Notes: generated by a model from the letters alone, not told the origin. 64,000 nucleotides of DNA from an uncultured archaeon (GCA_964486045.1 CAZALK010000012.1:111206-175205), one strand, 5' to 3'. Shown: positions 48,695 through 60,433, counted from the stretch's first letter. A program made the numbers and translations.

Positions 48695-51190
48695 TCATCC
48701 TATAAATCGGGTTTGGACTTGTTCATAAAGATTAGTATTATATACTGTCTTTAAACTAACAAATGATCCTAAAAGTATTAGGAGTAGTGGAGGCACTATT
48801 ATATATACAATAGCATTTTGACCAACAACCACTTCAAATGAACCATCTCCTTGGAAAATAGCCGCTAGGGGTAAACTCAACGGATATGTAAAAATTAATG
48901 CTAAAATAATAGAAATTAAACCTTGCATTAAGTTTTCCCCCAATATTAACCGAAAATTTCTTTTTCTCCCATACCCTAAAGATCTTAATATTCCATATTC
49001 ATAGTTTTTATCGTATATATTCATGATTGAATTATAAAAAATGATAAAAAATGATACAACAAGGCTATAGGCGACAATTGTAAGCATGAGTGGCACAAAA
49101 TCGTTAAAAAACTCAGCCAATTTACTTGCCATCACCGCAGAATCGAATATAATCTCAATATTTTCTAAATCGTATATATCATTAATAAGTTTTTCCTTAT
49201 CGGCATTTTCTTCTAGAAGAATATAAACGCCATCAACCATTTCCCCCTCATTATGAAGAATTTTCCTTCCACCATTTAAGGTTACATAACCAGTGCTTAT
49301 CAATTCCTTATGCACACCAACGATTCTCATTGTAAAATTATCATCCGTCGGAGTTGTAATGTTTATATCATCACCCACTTTTTTATCTAATTTCAAAGAA
49401 TGTTGACGCGATATCACAATTTCATTTTCTTCTTTAGGAAGCGAATTTCCAATCTGTTGGCTATCCCAAGTAAAATGGTGCACTGTTGAATTTTCTGCAT
49501 TAAAACCTATCAGTAAGAAGATTTGATCCTCATTTCCTATAGCGGTAACCAACCCTTTTACATAGTTTAGGGTTTCCTTAATACCTTGAATTTCAGAAAC
49601 TTGATCAATAGTATTATTGATATAACTCATATTTATATTATTTTGGAAATCTACATTCAGATCCCAGTTTTCATTTGTTTGTACACTACTAGTAGGCGAC
49701 TTAAAAACTCTTGAAACATTATAATCCATACTATCTACAATAGTTTGAGTTGCTGAGATTATTAGTAACGAAAATGTCATAGCAATTGTTGTAAAGAGTA
49801 ATCTCTTCTTGTGTCGAAAGAGATTTCGATGAATTAGTTTATTTGATATCTTTTTTTTCGGTTTCAAAGATTTTTTTAATCTCATTATGGAAACTTTAGT
49901 TTTAGACTGTCCATATACTAAAGCCGACACGCCAGTTCTTTTTATACTTATTATAGGGATGTAAAGGCTTACAAACGTTATAAGAAATACTAATCCTACT
50001 CCTATAAAAATAACTTCGGGTAAAAACATAAAAGCCAAGTTATTCATAGATAAATTAGCAACATTTGATATTACAACCCCTAAAATAGCCCATCCCACTA
50101 TATAACCTATAACGATTGAAAGAGGAATTGTTATTAATGACACTAATAAAAAAATACGAAGGAAATATTGGTTTATGTCAGATTTCCTATACCCAAATGT
50201 CATTAATATCCCTAATTGTTGCTTTTGATTATACACATATCTACTAAAGATAACAAATGTTATGAATAGTCCCATCAAAAGCATAAATATTAGAATTATT
50301 GTCGTAAATTTCTTTGCATCTTGAATGTTGCCATGGAAGCCCTCATAAGCCCTTGAATCTTTAAAAAATTCTGCAATTTCTATAACTATATCTAAATCAT
50401 CTTCTAAATATGATTTTACAGCAATATTTCCATCAGATGCATCGAACAACTGTTTAAACGTAACGGCAATATTATTATAATCTATATTTTTGTAATAATA
50501 AATCATGGGAGACATATCATCAGGAGTAGTCGCGTTTAACGCTTCAAAATATTCAATTATATAATTTTTTAATGTATCTTTTGAAAGATACCCCACCGCT
50601 ATTGATCCTTGAATTGGGATTGAATATTCTGGATTCGAGGTCATCATTAAAAACTCAGGTGAATTACAAAAACCTGAGATATTCAGTTTTGCATCATTTA
50701 AACCGCTAAGATTTACTATATCTCCCCTAATGAGGGAATTTCTTATCGCAAAGTCACTATCTATTACAATGCTTAGATTATTGCTATTTTGATTGAAATT
50801 TTTGCCAGATTCAATTGTATAATTAAATACCTTTGGTACCTCTACTAGTGGGTCTAAACCTACAAGAAGAATGTATTTAACTTCATTTTGACCCTCCAGT
50901 TTCAGTGATGACTTCCAAAAAAGCCTTCCAGTGTAATCTTTTACTTCATCTTGGTCAGAAAAACCATCTAATACAGATTGATTTATCCAAGTACTTTCTT
51001 CTAATTGATAAACATAATCAGCATGGTTAACATTGTCAAAATATGATTCTATCCAAGGGTCTGCAGCTAATATTACATAAATAAACCCTAAACTCCCACC
51101 AATAGAGAGAACTAATATTAGAATTATTAGTATGCTTCTCCAACCGAATTTTCTAAAATCTTTAAATGCTTTTTTATGAAAAACCTTCAT
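48695..51190 (-). CDS. ABC transporter permease, FtsX/MacB-like (duplicated)
   Basis: Two FtsX modules (GILMTFGY, GILRSLGY) with large extracellular loops. Confidence 0.9.
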   Translation of the reverse strand: MKVFHKKAFKDFRKFGWRSILIILILVLSIGGSLGFIYVILAADPWIESYFDNVNHADYVYQLEESTWINQSVLDGFSDQDEVKDYTGRLFWKSSLKLEGQNEVKYILLVGLDPLVEVPKVFNYTIESGKNFNQNSNNLSIVIDSDFAIRNSLIRGDIVNLSGLNDAKLNISGFCNSPEFLMMTSNPEYSIPIQGSIAVGYLSKDTLKNYIIEYFEALNATTPDDMSPMIYYYKNIDYNNIAVTFKQLFDASDGNIAVKSYLEDDLDIVIEIAEFFKDSRAYEGFHGNIQDAKKFTTIILIFMLLMGLFITFVIFSRYVYNQKQQLGILMTFGYRKSDINQYFLRIFLLVSLITIPLSIVIGYIVGWAILGVVISNVANLSMNNLAFMFLPEVIFIGVGLVFLITFVSLYIPIISIKRTGVSALVYGQSKTKVSIMRLKKSLKPKKKISNKLIHRNLFRHKKRLLFTTIAMTFSLLIISATQTIVDSMDYNVSRVFKSPTSSVQTNENWDLNVDFQNNINMSYINNTIDQVSEIQGIKETLNYVKGLVTAIGNEDQIFLLIGFNAENSTVHHFTWDSQQIGNSLPKEENEIVISRQHSLKLDKKVGDDINITTPTDDNFTMRIVGVHKELISTGYVTLNGGRKILHNEGEMVDGVYILLEENADKEKLINDIYDLENIEIIFDSAVMASKLAEFFNDFVPLMLTIVAYSLVVSFFIIFYNSIMNIYDKNYEYGILRSLGYGRKRNFRLILGENLMQGLISIILALIFTYPLSLPLAAIFQGDGSFEVVVGQNAIVYIIVPPLLLILLGSFVSLKTVYNTNLYEQVQTRFIG

Positions 51191-51977
51191 TTTTTACTGT
51201 GAGCCGACTGTTTTGTTCTATCCTACCGTTTTTAATTTGTATTATTTGCGTTGCGGATTTTTTCGCAATTGTTGGATTATGAGAAACTAAGATACATGTG
51301 ATATCTTCTTTTTCGTTTAGTTTTATTATCAACTCAATTATTTTATCTCCCGTGTCTGTGTCCAAGTTACCTGTTGGTTCATCACATAAAAGAATAAATT
51401 CTCTACCAATAAAAGGGATTTTAGCTAAAGCTCTCGCAATAGCAACTCTTTGCTGTTCACCACCACTTAACTGATATGGATAATGATGCAATCTATCACC
51501 TAATCCTACCATATCTAAATATTTTGCGGCGATTTCATAAAGAGGTAGTTTTTGATTTTTATTTAAGAGTTCTATTGAAATTACAACATTTTCGATTGCT
51601 GTTAATGCCGGAAATAGATTATAAAATTGAAAAACAAACCCTATCCTATTTTTGCGATAATTACATAACTGTTTCATATTATATTCTTTGATATTTGAAC
51701 CAAATATTTTTAATGTCCCCCCATTTTTATCTGGGGATGTTATACCCCCAAGTAGGTTCAACAAAGTTGTTTTACCCGCTCCAGAAGGTCCAAGTATAAC
51801 TAGCCTTTCTTTCTGTTCTACTATCAAATTAATATCTCGTAGTGCTTTTACCTCGACTTCCCCAGAGATATAAGTCTTTGAGAGATTTTTTATCTCTATC
51901 GCATAATCATTTTTATCTACAAGGGTGAAATCCCAATTCATTTCAAAATCATTTATAAAATTAGATCTATTTGCCAT
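51174..51977 (-). CDS. ABC transporter ATP-binding protein (LolD/MacB-like)
   Basis: [24 protein letters not shown]. Confidence 0.95.
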   Translation of the reverse strand: MANRSNFINDFEMNWDFTLVDKNDYAIEIKNLSKTYISGEVEVKALRDINLIVEQKERLVILGPSGAGKTTLLNLLGGITSPDKNGGTLKIFGSNIKEYNMKQLCNYRKNRIGFVFQFYNLFPALTAIENVVISIELLNKNQKLPLYEIAAKYLDMVGLGDRLHHYPYQLSGGEQQRVAIARALAKIPFIGREFILLCDEPTGNLDTDTGDKIIELIIKLNEKEDITCILVSHNPTIAKKSATQIIQIKNGRIEQNSRLTVKNEGFS

Positions 51978-52469
51978 CTCTAAACCCCGAATTAAACCTA
52001 AATTAATCTAAATATTATATATTCTAACCTAAAAAAATAATCTAAATCCAATTAAAAATGTATTAGCATTAGCAAAACTTTATAAATTAAAAGTAATAGG
52101 CTTACTTCACTAAACCATTTTGTGTGTAAAACTTTTCTTTAATTTTTTTTATATAGGATAAATTTGAGTTTAATATTAATTGGGGTTATTTTATCTATGA
52201 TCATATGATTTTAAAAATCCTTCGTCATTAAATGTATTTTTTTAGTAATGAGTGTTCCCAAATCTATTAAATAACATAAAATTTCCTTTTTAATATGTTT
52301 TTTAGAAAAAGACATATCTATATCAAGTAATTTATAAAAAAAACTAACTACTTTCTAATCTGGTTTTGAAAAACAGGAAACATAACTCAATTATCCACTT
52401 TAATTCTCTATTCATAATGGGTAAAAAAAAAAAGATTAATTATAGATATCGAATTTCACTTTTTCTTTA

Positions 52470-52871
52470 CTAAAATAATGGTTTCATCTTATCTTCTTGC
52501 TGTAGAAAGGTAAGGCAAAATAACACAAGTAAAATTATGCTTAATGCCATCGAGAAGTATATCATAGCGTTATACGCGGCGAAATTAACCGTAAAAGAAA
52601 TAAGACTAGCAACTAACAAAAATGCATCGATTAGTACTACTATTTTAATTTCCTTCCATTCCTTAGCTAAAATTCCTAAAAGCGAACCAATTGTTAGCCC
52701 TAGGAAAGTTGAACCGAGTGTCATGGTCACAGCTCCTAATTCCGCTGTGTAAGTAAATCCAAAAAGAGTACTAGTCATCTGTGGAAGCCAAAACAAAATG
52801 GTAAAAATAAGCCCTGTTATAAAATGGATTACAAAAGTCAGTTTGGTAAATTTTAATATTTCTTCAGTCAT
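52470..52871 (-). CDS. Hypothetical 4-TM membrane protein
   Basis: Four hydrophobic helices. Confidence 0.7.
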   Translation of the reverse strand: MTEEILKFTKLTFVIHFITGLIFTILFWLPQMTSTLFGFTYTAELGAVTMTLGSTFLGLTIGSLLGILAKEWKEIKIVVLIDAFLLVASLISFTVNFAAYNAMIYFSMALSIILLVLFCLTFLQQEDKMKPLF

Positions 52872-53087
52872 TTTTTATATCATCTTTTTTTAAGAATTAT
52901 CTTTTATTAAATGATGTTGAATAAAAATTTTAACTAGATTATAAATGTAGAGATCTCATTTATGACAAGCTTAATAAAAAGTTTTCTTTTAAACTTGATT
53001 TAAATATACTATTTCTAAATTTCAGCCAAGCTTATTCTGGTTCTTTTCTCTAAAAAAATTAGTATATAACGTTAAAAAAATAGAAAA

Positions 53088-53888
53088 TTATAGTCCAGTT
53101 GGACCATTTTGATAAATCTCAAACGCTTCTTCAACAGGGGTATTTTTATGAACGATCGCTCTCACAGCTTTAATCATACCGATTGGTTTATCTGATTGGA
53201 AAATGTTCCTCCCCATGTCTACGCCAACGGCTCCTTTATCAATAGCATTTTTCGCCATTTGGAGGGCGTCTTTTTCTGGAAGTTTCTTCCCACCTGCGAT
53301 TACAACTGGTGCAGGGCAAATGTTTGTCACTTCTTCAAAATTCTCACAGTAATAAGTTTTTACAAAAGTTGCTCCTAATTCCACAGCCATTCTACTCGCC
53401 ATACCTAGATAACGGGCATCTCTAACCATTTCTCTTCCTACTGCTGTGACCGCAAGCACGGGTACACCGTAGGTTTGCCCAAAATTAACCAGTTTAGAGA
53501 GATTCATCAATGATTGCTTTTCGTATTCCCCCCCAACAAAAATAGAGCATGTAATTGCAGAAACATTTAACCTTATTGCATCATCAATCGAAACGTTAAT
53601 TTCTTCATTTGAGAGTTCTTTAAGCATACTTGCTCCAGCAGAAACTCTTAAAACAATTGGAATATCTAATTCAGATGGCACACAATTTCTAAGCATACCA
53701 CGTGTAAGCATCAGAGCATCAGCGTACTCAAATAAAGGTGTCATATCCGCAAAACGCTTCAATTGACCTGGAATATTACCGAAATAGCCATGATCGACAG
53801 CGAGCATCACACAACGCTTTGAACTACCTCTAGAACGTATAATTCTGTTAAGTCGATTCTGAAAGCCCCAATCTCCAACTAATACCAT
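53088..53888 (-). CDS. lsrF: LsrF-like thiolase / class I aldolase (DhnA family)
   Basis: DWG..NRL, MLAVDHGYF, VTAVG.EMVRDARY, VKTYY, IAGGKKLPE, GVDMGRNIFQS. Confidence 0.88.
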   Translation of the reverse strand: MVLVGDWGFQNRLNRIIRSRGSSKRCVMLAVDHGYFGNIPGQLKRFADMTPLFEYADALMLTRGMLRNCVPSELDIPIVLRVSAGASMLKELSNEEINVSIDDAIRLNVSAITCSIFVGGEYEKQSLMNLSKLVNFGQTYGVPVLAVTAVGREMVRDARYLGMASRMAVELGATFVKTYYCENFEEVTNICPAPVVIAGGKKLPEKDALQMAKNAIDKGAVGVDMGRNIFQSDKPIGMIKAVRAIVHKNTPVEEAFEIYQNGPTGL

Positions 53889-54001
53889 TTTTAATTCACT
53901 TCTTTAGAATATGATTATATTTTTAGTTTATTTGCTTAAAATAGTAATCGATCTTTATTTTACTTTTACTATATGGAGATTAAAAACAGCAGATATTGTA
54001 A

Positions 54002-54850
54002 TTATATACTGCCCAAGAACTCTCCCACTCTACTTTTTATTTTTAAAACGAGTTTTTTAGATACATTCCTTCTGATAAATTCTTTTATTAGATTCAAACG
54101 ATAATTATTAATCTTCTTTGTTTTAAATTCTTGAGATAATTGCCTGATAAGATCATCCTCATAATATTCGCCCACTTTATTGAGAATTGTAATAATAAAA
54201 TTCGTTTCATTTATCAGTCTTGCAATATCTTGTTGAAGAAGCTTTAACTGTTCTTGGTCATCTATTATTTCTAAAGCCCTTTTTACTATACTTTCTTCGA
54301 ACTTTAGTTTTGTATTCCAAGGTGTTTGAAAAATGTGTTGTTCTGTATCCATTATTAACACATCTTTGTGTTTTATTTTTGTTTGACTAATATCTGTGTT
54401 TTCTCGTAAATGTATTGTTTTACTCCCCCCATAATTCTCTGGTAAAATTACATCTCCTATTGAGTTTAATGTGTCTTCATCAAATTCAAATTCCTTGTCA
54501 GTTAAAATGTAGATTGGATAGTTGAATACCTTTGCATGGAGCAAACTAAATATCCCATAAATTCCAAATACTTGTATTAATTTCCTAAGAGTTAATCCAC
54601 TTTCAGTCTCCTTCTCAATTTCTCGTGTTAATGATGTAATATGTATGTCGATTTTTTCATAACCCCTAATAATTCCTTTGATATCAACAAATACAATGAA
54701 TTGGTGCTCTAGACAAACAGCTTTAAGTGGTACTTGAATCTTGATTGTGCCAAACTTTTTTTGGGAGAAAATTGATTCTGGAATATTTATATTTTTTATT
54801 TCCCCGCAAGTAGGGCATGAAATCTCAAGAATTTTAAAAGTGTCCAACAT
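54002..54850 (-). CDS. Hypothetical protein with N-terminal CPxC...CxxH Zn-binding module
   Basis: CPTC...VCLEHQFIVFVD.KG.IRGYEKID, shared with 21113..21688. Confidence 0.75.
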   Translation of the reverse strand: MLDTFKILEISCPTCGEIKNINIPESIFSQKKFGTIKIQVPLKAVCLEHQFIVFVDIKGIIRGYEKIDIHITSLTREIEKETESGLTLRKLIQVFGIYGIFSLLHAKVFNYPIYILTDKEFEFDEDTLNSIGDVILPENYGGSKTIHLRENTDISQTKIKHKDVLIMDTEQHIFQTPWNTKLKFEESIVKRALEIIDDQEQLKLLQQDIARLINETNFIITILNKVGEYYEDDLIRQLSQEFKTKKINNYRLNLIKEFIRRNVSKKLVLKIKSRVGEFLGSI

Positions 54851-55065
54851 ATTCTAACTAAATTTTTTTAATCCCTTATAGATTAATTCATCAACCCTAC
54901 ATAAAAATATTGACAAATTTTATAAAATTCCGTTCGAAGAAGACGTTTAGTTGAAAACATAAATCCGAATTTATTTTTCTCAACGGCATTCCTGATGTTA
55001 AATCTGTAAATATTCATTTATTATAGGCAAGAACTCCTATTTACAAATTTCGTGATCGATCTAAA

Positions 55066-57726
55066 TTAAAAGGAAGGAATTTCGAGAAAATCTTGATTTC
55101 TAAGTTTTTGCTTTATAACCACTTTCACGAATAAAATAATGAAGATCGCAGGAATTAATCCTAAAAAGCAAATCAAAAATATTCCCGCTAAAAAAACATC
55201 AGTAATGTATGTATTAAAGAAAATTTGTCCAACAGAATTTATTAGAAAATGCAAAATTATACTTGGTAGAAGAGTCTTTGTTTTAATATACAGATATCCA
55301 AAAGCAAGACCTAAGAATGTCGCATAAATTACTTGAAAAGAAACAGAAATTAGGGCGCTAAGAGGATCAAGGCCAATTAGGATATATGAAATAATATTAA
55401 AGGTATGTGCAAACCCAAAAATAGCACTGCTAATTATAAGAGATGTCCTTATATGATATTTTTTTACGAGCATGGGAATTAACACTCCTCGATAGGCTAT
55501 TTCTTCCCAAATTCCAGGAATAAGCATAATTATAAATAAGAACCATCCAAGACCACCAAATCCCACTCCTGTAGGTTCAGGGTTCCCAAATAATATTCTT
55601 GGGTCAAAAACATAGTGTCCAAGGGTTATAGCTCCAATAAGCACAACGATGCTAAATATAATGAATGATCCAACTCCGACTAAAATATTTCTGATTATTG
55701 GTTTTGATGGTCTTAAATGAATTATTTCAGTATAATCTTTAAGGGAATAAGTCAAATCGGGAAGTTTCAAACCTTTTGGAACTATTAAGAATAATAAAAC
55801 AGCTAGAAATCCAAATTGGAAGAAAAAATCTAAAAAAAGTAGAAAAGTATAATCATTAAGGGTCAATATGTTTATAAATGGAAGAAGTACTAAACCTTCT
55901 GCAAACCCAGCTAAATACAGGAAAAAAGTATATAAAAGTGTTAAGACTATCCCCCCTAAGATCGGATTATTTCTTAAAAAACCTCCAGTTTTATAATTTG
56001 CCACCTTTTGACCTTTTGGAAACATTTTGTTAAAAATAAATACCATTAAAGCTAATCCAAGAATTCCGATTACACCTAAAACTATTATCCCAACTGTAAT
56101 TCCAAAAAAATATATTAAAATATTTCCAATTATTAAAATTGTCAAATAAAGTCCAATACAAGAGAAGATCATAGCGATCCACTTCAATATCTTGTTTTCT
56201 TTATGTAATTCTTCAATGATGTACTTGTATTTCATTTGCCCGAAGAATTTTATTTTTAAAACAAATATAAATAATAACAATATCCACGCAATCGGTAGAG
56301 TTATTAGAAGCAGAATGATTGGTAATATTGATTGTAATATTAAAGCTAGAACTACTGAAGTTATTAAAAGCGATATTCCTTGAAGTGCTAACATTAAATA
56401 GATTTTTGCTTTTGCTTGGTCCCGTGGGAGAAGTGGTAATGAAGCTAAAGTCGAACTACCTGATTCCTCAATGTTTAAAAATCCTACGATTAGCATTATA
56501 GGAATAACAAGGTACAACATAAGTATAATAGACCAAATCATCAATATAGCTTCAATAGAAATGGTCATTTCATTAAATAATCCAACTATTGATAAAATCA
56601 TTATCAATGGATAAAAAATAGGGAAAAATATAAACATAAAAGACTGAATATCTCTTGTAGAAGATACTAAATCTTTTCGGATATATGCTTTAATTGGTGA
56701 GGTAGGTTTTAATTCGAAATGAATCTCTCTCTTTTCTACTTTTACTGTCTTAACTTCTGATGAAATTGCACTACGTAAAGCTTTTTGAGCAAATCTAAAT
56801 ATCAACCATGTTAATATAATGCTTAAAGCAAATCCTGTTAGAGTAGTGAGTATTAAGATAGGATTTACTTGAGCTTGAAGAGTATTTAATGACACTAGAA
56901 ATGCTGGGGCAAATAGGAAAGGAATTAGACTTAAGATGACAATTAAAATGAAAGGTGGTTCATTAGTAGCGAAGATTGTTAATAAACTTTCAATGGCACT
57001 TATTCCCCAACTGAAGAGAAAACTAGTACCAAAAATAATTATAAAATACCCAAGCATAGTGATTGTCCGAATTAAATTCACATTTTTTGATTTAGCTTTC
57101 GATTCTGAAAAAAGAATACTCATTTTCTCCCCTACTATTACCAGAATGCTAAAACTAAGGATCACATTCACAATAGATACTAACAAACAAATAAAAAACA
57201 TGAAGATGTCTTGTGTTGCGATAACCATAATAATTGGGAAGCCCATTATTAATATTATTAGGGGATAATCTAAACTGCGAAATACGGTCATAAAACCTAT
57301 CTTTTTTAATTTTTTTTTAGAGAATGGGAGTGTCTGTAACCACTTAAAAGCATTACCTGACATAAAGGATCCAGTTGAAATCATTCCAAACATAAGCATA
57401 TACATAAGTACCATCCCAAAGAATATCATAAATAGAAAAGAAGACACGAAAAACATTGTATTTATCGAAATAGTGCCTATATTTTCTGTAATCTGAAAAT
57501 ATATCACTAACGGCAGTAAAGGTAAAAATAAAAAAAGAACTGAAAAAGCAGTTTTAAGGGCAATAGATTGATTTTTAATGTAATTTTTATTCTTTTTTAG
57601 TTTTTCAATAAATTTTGCTTGATGTGCCCCCGCACTCGCCATTTGACCCTCCATTAAAATCTCATAAGTGGGGTATTTCGCTAAAGAATACAAAGATTTT
57701 TTTTTTTTTTCATTCACACACATCAA
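55066..57726 (-). CDS. ABC-type permease fused to a C-terminal CPBP intramembrane protease
   Basis: Multi-TM N-part next to ABC ATPase gene; C-terminal EEIAYRG, FGFAH, HFLIN. Confidence 0.82.
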   Translation of the reverse strand: MMCVNEKKKKSLYSLAKYPTYEILMEGQMASAGAHQAKFIEKLKKNKNYIKNQSIALKTAFSVLFLFLPLLPLVIYFQITENIGTISINTMFFVSSFLFMIFFGMVLMYMLMFGMISTGSFMSGNAFKWLQTLPFSKKKLKKIGFMTVFRSLDYPLIILIMGFPIIMVIATQDIFMFFICLLVSIVNVILSFSILVIVGEKMSILFSESKAKSKNVNLIRTITMLGYFIIIFGTSFLFSWGISAIESLLTIFATNEPPFILIVILSLIPFLFAPAFLVSLNTLQAQVNPILILTTLTGFALSIILTWLIFRFAQKALRSAISSEVKTVKVEKREIHFELKPTSPIKAYIRKDLVSSTRDIQSFMFIFFPIFYPLIMILSIVGLFNEMTISIEAILMIWSIILMLYLVIPIMLIVGFLNIEESGSSTLASLPLLPRDQAKAKIYLMLALQGISLLITSVVLALILQSILPIILLLITLPIAWILLLFIFVLKIKFFGQMKYKYIIEELHKENKILKWIAMIFSCIGLYLTILIIGNILIYFFGITVGIIVLGVIGILGLALMVFIFNKMFPKGQKVANYKTGGFLRNNPILGGIVLTLLYTFFLYLAGFAEGLVLLPFINILTLNDYTFLLFLDFFFQFGFLAVLLFLIVPKGLKLPDLTYSLKDYTEIIHLRPSKPIIRNILVGVGSFIIFSIVVLIGAITLGHYVFDPRILFGNPEPTGVGFGGLGWFLFIIMLIPGIWEEIAYRGVLIPMLVKKYHIRTSLIISSAIFGFAHTFNIISYILIGLDPLSALISVSFQVIYATFLGLAFGYLYIKTKTLLPSIILHFLINSVGQIFFNTYITDVFLAGIFLICFLGLIPAIFIILFVKVVIKQKLRNQDFLEIPSF

Positions 57727-57731
57727 TACCT

Positions 57732-58532
57732 TTAATCTTTCATTTTAAAAGATGCCCTTAATTTTTTGATGATTTCATTAACTGAAGTGTCTTGTTCAGT
57801 CAATCGTAGGAAAACATCTTCCAAACTCGCGCCAACTTTGTCTGCTTGTAGACGAAGTTCCTCAATTGTACCTATTCCCACCATTTTACCTTTATTAATA
57901 ATCCCAATTCGATCACATAATTCTTGTGCTATTTCCATAATATGGGTAGAAAAAAGAACTGAACCTCCTCTTTGAGTATGGAGTTCTAAAATAGTTTTAA
58001 CAACTCTTACAGATTTAGCATCGAGACCCGCAATTGGTTCATCTAAAATTAAAAAATCCGGCTCATGAAGAATTGCTGCAATTATTTGTAATTTCTGTTT
58101 ATTTCCATGAGATAAAGTAGCAATTAATTGATCATAATATTCAATTGCTTCCAAACTTTCTAAATAATCTTTTGCGAGTTCTGTAGTTCGTTCCCCATCT
58201 AAATTTCTAATTGAAGCAATGAAATTGAATAAGTTTTTTGGGGTTAAAGATTTAAAAATTAAGGGCTCTTCAGATACGTAACCAATACGGCGTTTGATCT
58301 CAACTTCATTCCGTTCTGGATTTAATCCGAAAACACTCATTTCTCCTTCATTTGGTTCCAGTAGTCCTAAGAGAAGTTTGATTGTGGTTGTTTTACCTGC
58401 ACCATTTGGTCCCAGTAACCCAAAAATTTCTCCTTTATTGATGTCAAATGATATCCCATTTACTGCTTTTACTTCCCCAAAGAATTTCTTTAAGCCTACT
58501 ATTTTAACAATTTTAGTATCGGACATATTCAT
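57732..58532 (-). CDS. ABC transporter ATP-binding protein
   Basis: GPNGAGKTT, LSHGNKQK, LDEP, STH. Confidence 0.95.
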   Translation of the reverse strand: MNMSDTKIVKIVGLKKFFGEVKAVNGISFDINKGEIFGLLGPNGAGKTTTIKLLLGLLEPNEGEMSVFGLNPERNEVEIKRRIGYVSEEPLIFKSLTPKNLFNFIASIRNLDGERTTELAKDYLESLEAIEYYDQLIATLSHGNKQKLQIIAAILHEPDFLILDEPIAGLDAKSVRVVKTILELHTQRGGSVLFSTHIMEIAQELCDRIGIINKGKMVGIGTIEELRLQADKVGASLEDVFLRLTEQDTSVNEIIKKLRASFKMKD

Positions 58533-58622
58533 CTATTAAAATTTATCAATTATCTTAAAGTTTATTTTAGTTTATTACCTTAGAAATTCACATATGATCT
58601 TGTTTTAAAATACTAAGTTGCT

Positions 58623-59500
58623 CTACACTTGAGACGATAAGTCTTTCGGGATTATTTTTTGTTTAACAATCATAATTATTGATATGATCACTAGGAATGT
58701 ACCTAATAGATGGAACAATGTAAATGCTTCGCTAAGTATAAAACTTGCAAACAAAGAATTAACAATTGGAGTCGGTGATAAAATTATAGTTGCTTTGGAT
58801 ACATCTAGATATGAGAGAGTTTTATACCAGCAAAATAATCCTGTCCCGTAAACAACACCCATAGCTATAAAGAAAAAGACATTAAGAGGATTGCTGAATA
58901 AGATTAGCTTATCAACAGGAAAAATAACAAAATAAGTAAAAATTAATAAAAATCCTGAAATAATATTCCTAACAAATACCATTTGTGTTGGAGTCATTTC
59001 ATTTCGAACAAAGTTGTAAAAGATCCTTGAGCTATAGCTAAAAATAAGCCAAAAAATAAGACAATAGAGAAGATAATTTGTACTTTTGTAATTCGCTCTC
59101 TTAAAATCAAAACTCCGAATATCAACCCAAAAAAAACTGAAGTCTTTTGTGTTAATGAACCATTAATAGCTCCAGCTAAATTATAACCTATAAAGAATAA
59201 AAGTTGATTAAGACCAAAAATAATCCCGATTATTATAAGTAACCACGCATTTTTTTTCCAATTTTGCCATACTGTACTTTGAGAAACGGTCTGATTTAAA
59301 TCATTAGTATTTGGATGATTTTTCTTTATCTCCATTATCGTCAAGGGAAAAAACATAATAACCTCAACCAAACAAGTCATAGCTGCGAAGATAAATGCAT
59401 CAAGAGATTGTGGTCGTGCATTAGCTACGATGGGTTGGAAACCTACTATAAATACACCCAGTCCTCCGAATAGAAGTCCTTTCTTAGTCCTAACATCCAC
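58623..59500 (-). pseudogene. EamA/DMT transporter broken by an internal deletion and frameshift near 59000-59025
   Basis: ORFs 58994..59518 and 58623..58997 match the two halves of paralog 38399..39349, with about one TM helix missing. Confidence 0.75.
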
Positions 59501-59569
59501 GATATATAATAGAAACATGAAGAATTTAAAAATTTTAGAATTTTAAAACGATGAATTATTACCTTTATT

Positions 59570-60433
59570 ATGGTTGTAGATAAAAAGTGGTTTATTGGAA
59601 AAATAAATGATTTCTTAAGGATGGATGAAAGTAATAAAATGGTAGGGGTAGACAGCTCATTTATTTTTGAGCCAAACACAATTGTTGGATTTGCTTCTGG
59701 AAATGATTCTATTTTTAATGATTATAAGGATATAATCGGTAAATTTCATCTAACTCCCATTGAAGCCTTTAATCAATTCTGTGAAAAAAATAATCATTGT
59801 TCAACACTAAAGGATCTCTCAATTGTTGCATTTGTGCTCCCAATAAGTAAAAAGACAAAAAAAGAAAACTTCGAACATTCAAAAGAAATGCCCTCTGAAA
59901 GATGGGCTCATACTAGACTATATGGAGAGCAAGCTAATCAGAAATTGCAGAAACATCTAGTTAAAGAATTAAAAAAAGAAGGAATTAATGCTGTTGCTCC
60001 TATGACAGAAGATTATTTATTCAAGACATATGAAAAGCATGAAAAAGGAGTTTGGGCATCCACATGGTCTCATAGACATATGTTATTTGCTTCGGGTTTA
60101 GGCTCATTTGGATTATCGGATGGATTTATTAATGAGCGAGGTAAAGCAATGAGATGTGGAAGTATAATTGTAGATTATAAATTCCCTTCTGATGCAAGTG
60201 AAAGACCGATTGACCCCTATGAATATTGCATAAAATGCGGAGATTGTATTGAGAGATGTCCTGCTGGAGCTATTTCATTAGAAACCCGTCATGATAAAAA
60301 AAAATGTTCTGCCCATGTTTTCAGCGCTATACCATATGTAAGAAAAAATTATGGTATTGATATTTATGGTTGTGGTTTATGCCAAGTTTCCGTTTCTTGT
60401 TCTTCAGGTATTCCAGTAAAAAAGGACAAATAA
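59570..60433 (+). CDS. Epoxyqueuosine reductase (QueG)-like cobalamin/4Fe-4S protein
   Basis: WSHRH..ASGLGSFG, CIKCGDCIERCP, CGLCQ..VSC. Confidence 0.8.
   Translation: MVVDKKWFIGKINDFLRMDESNKMVGVDSSFIFEPNTIVGFASGNDSIFNDYKDIIGKFHLTPIEAFNQFCEKNNHCSTLKDLSIVAFVLPISKKTKKENFEHSKEMPSERWAHTRLYGEQANQKLQKHLVKELKKEGINAVAPMTEDYLFKTYEKHEKGVWASTWSHRHMLFASGLGSFGLSDGFINERGKAMRCGSIIVDYKFPSDASERPIDPYEYCIKCGDCIERCPAGAISLETRHDKKKCSAHVFSAIPYVRKNYGIDIYGCGLCQVSVSCSSGIPVKKDK

Noticed and set aside
58990-59030. Possible intron at the EamA frameshift
   Set aside because: Sequence is missing relative to the paralog rather than inserted, and no BHB fold is evident.
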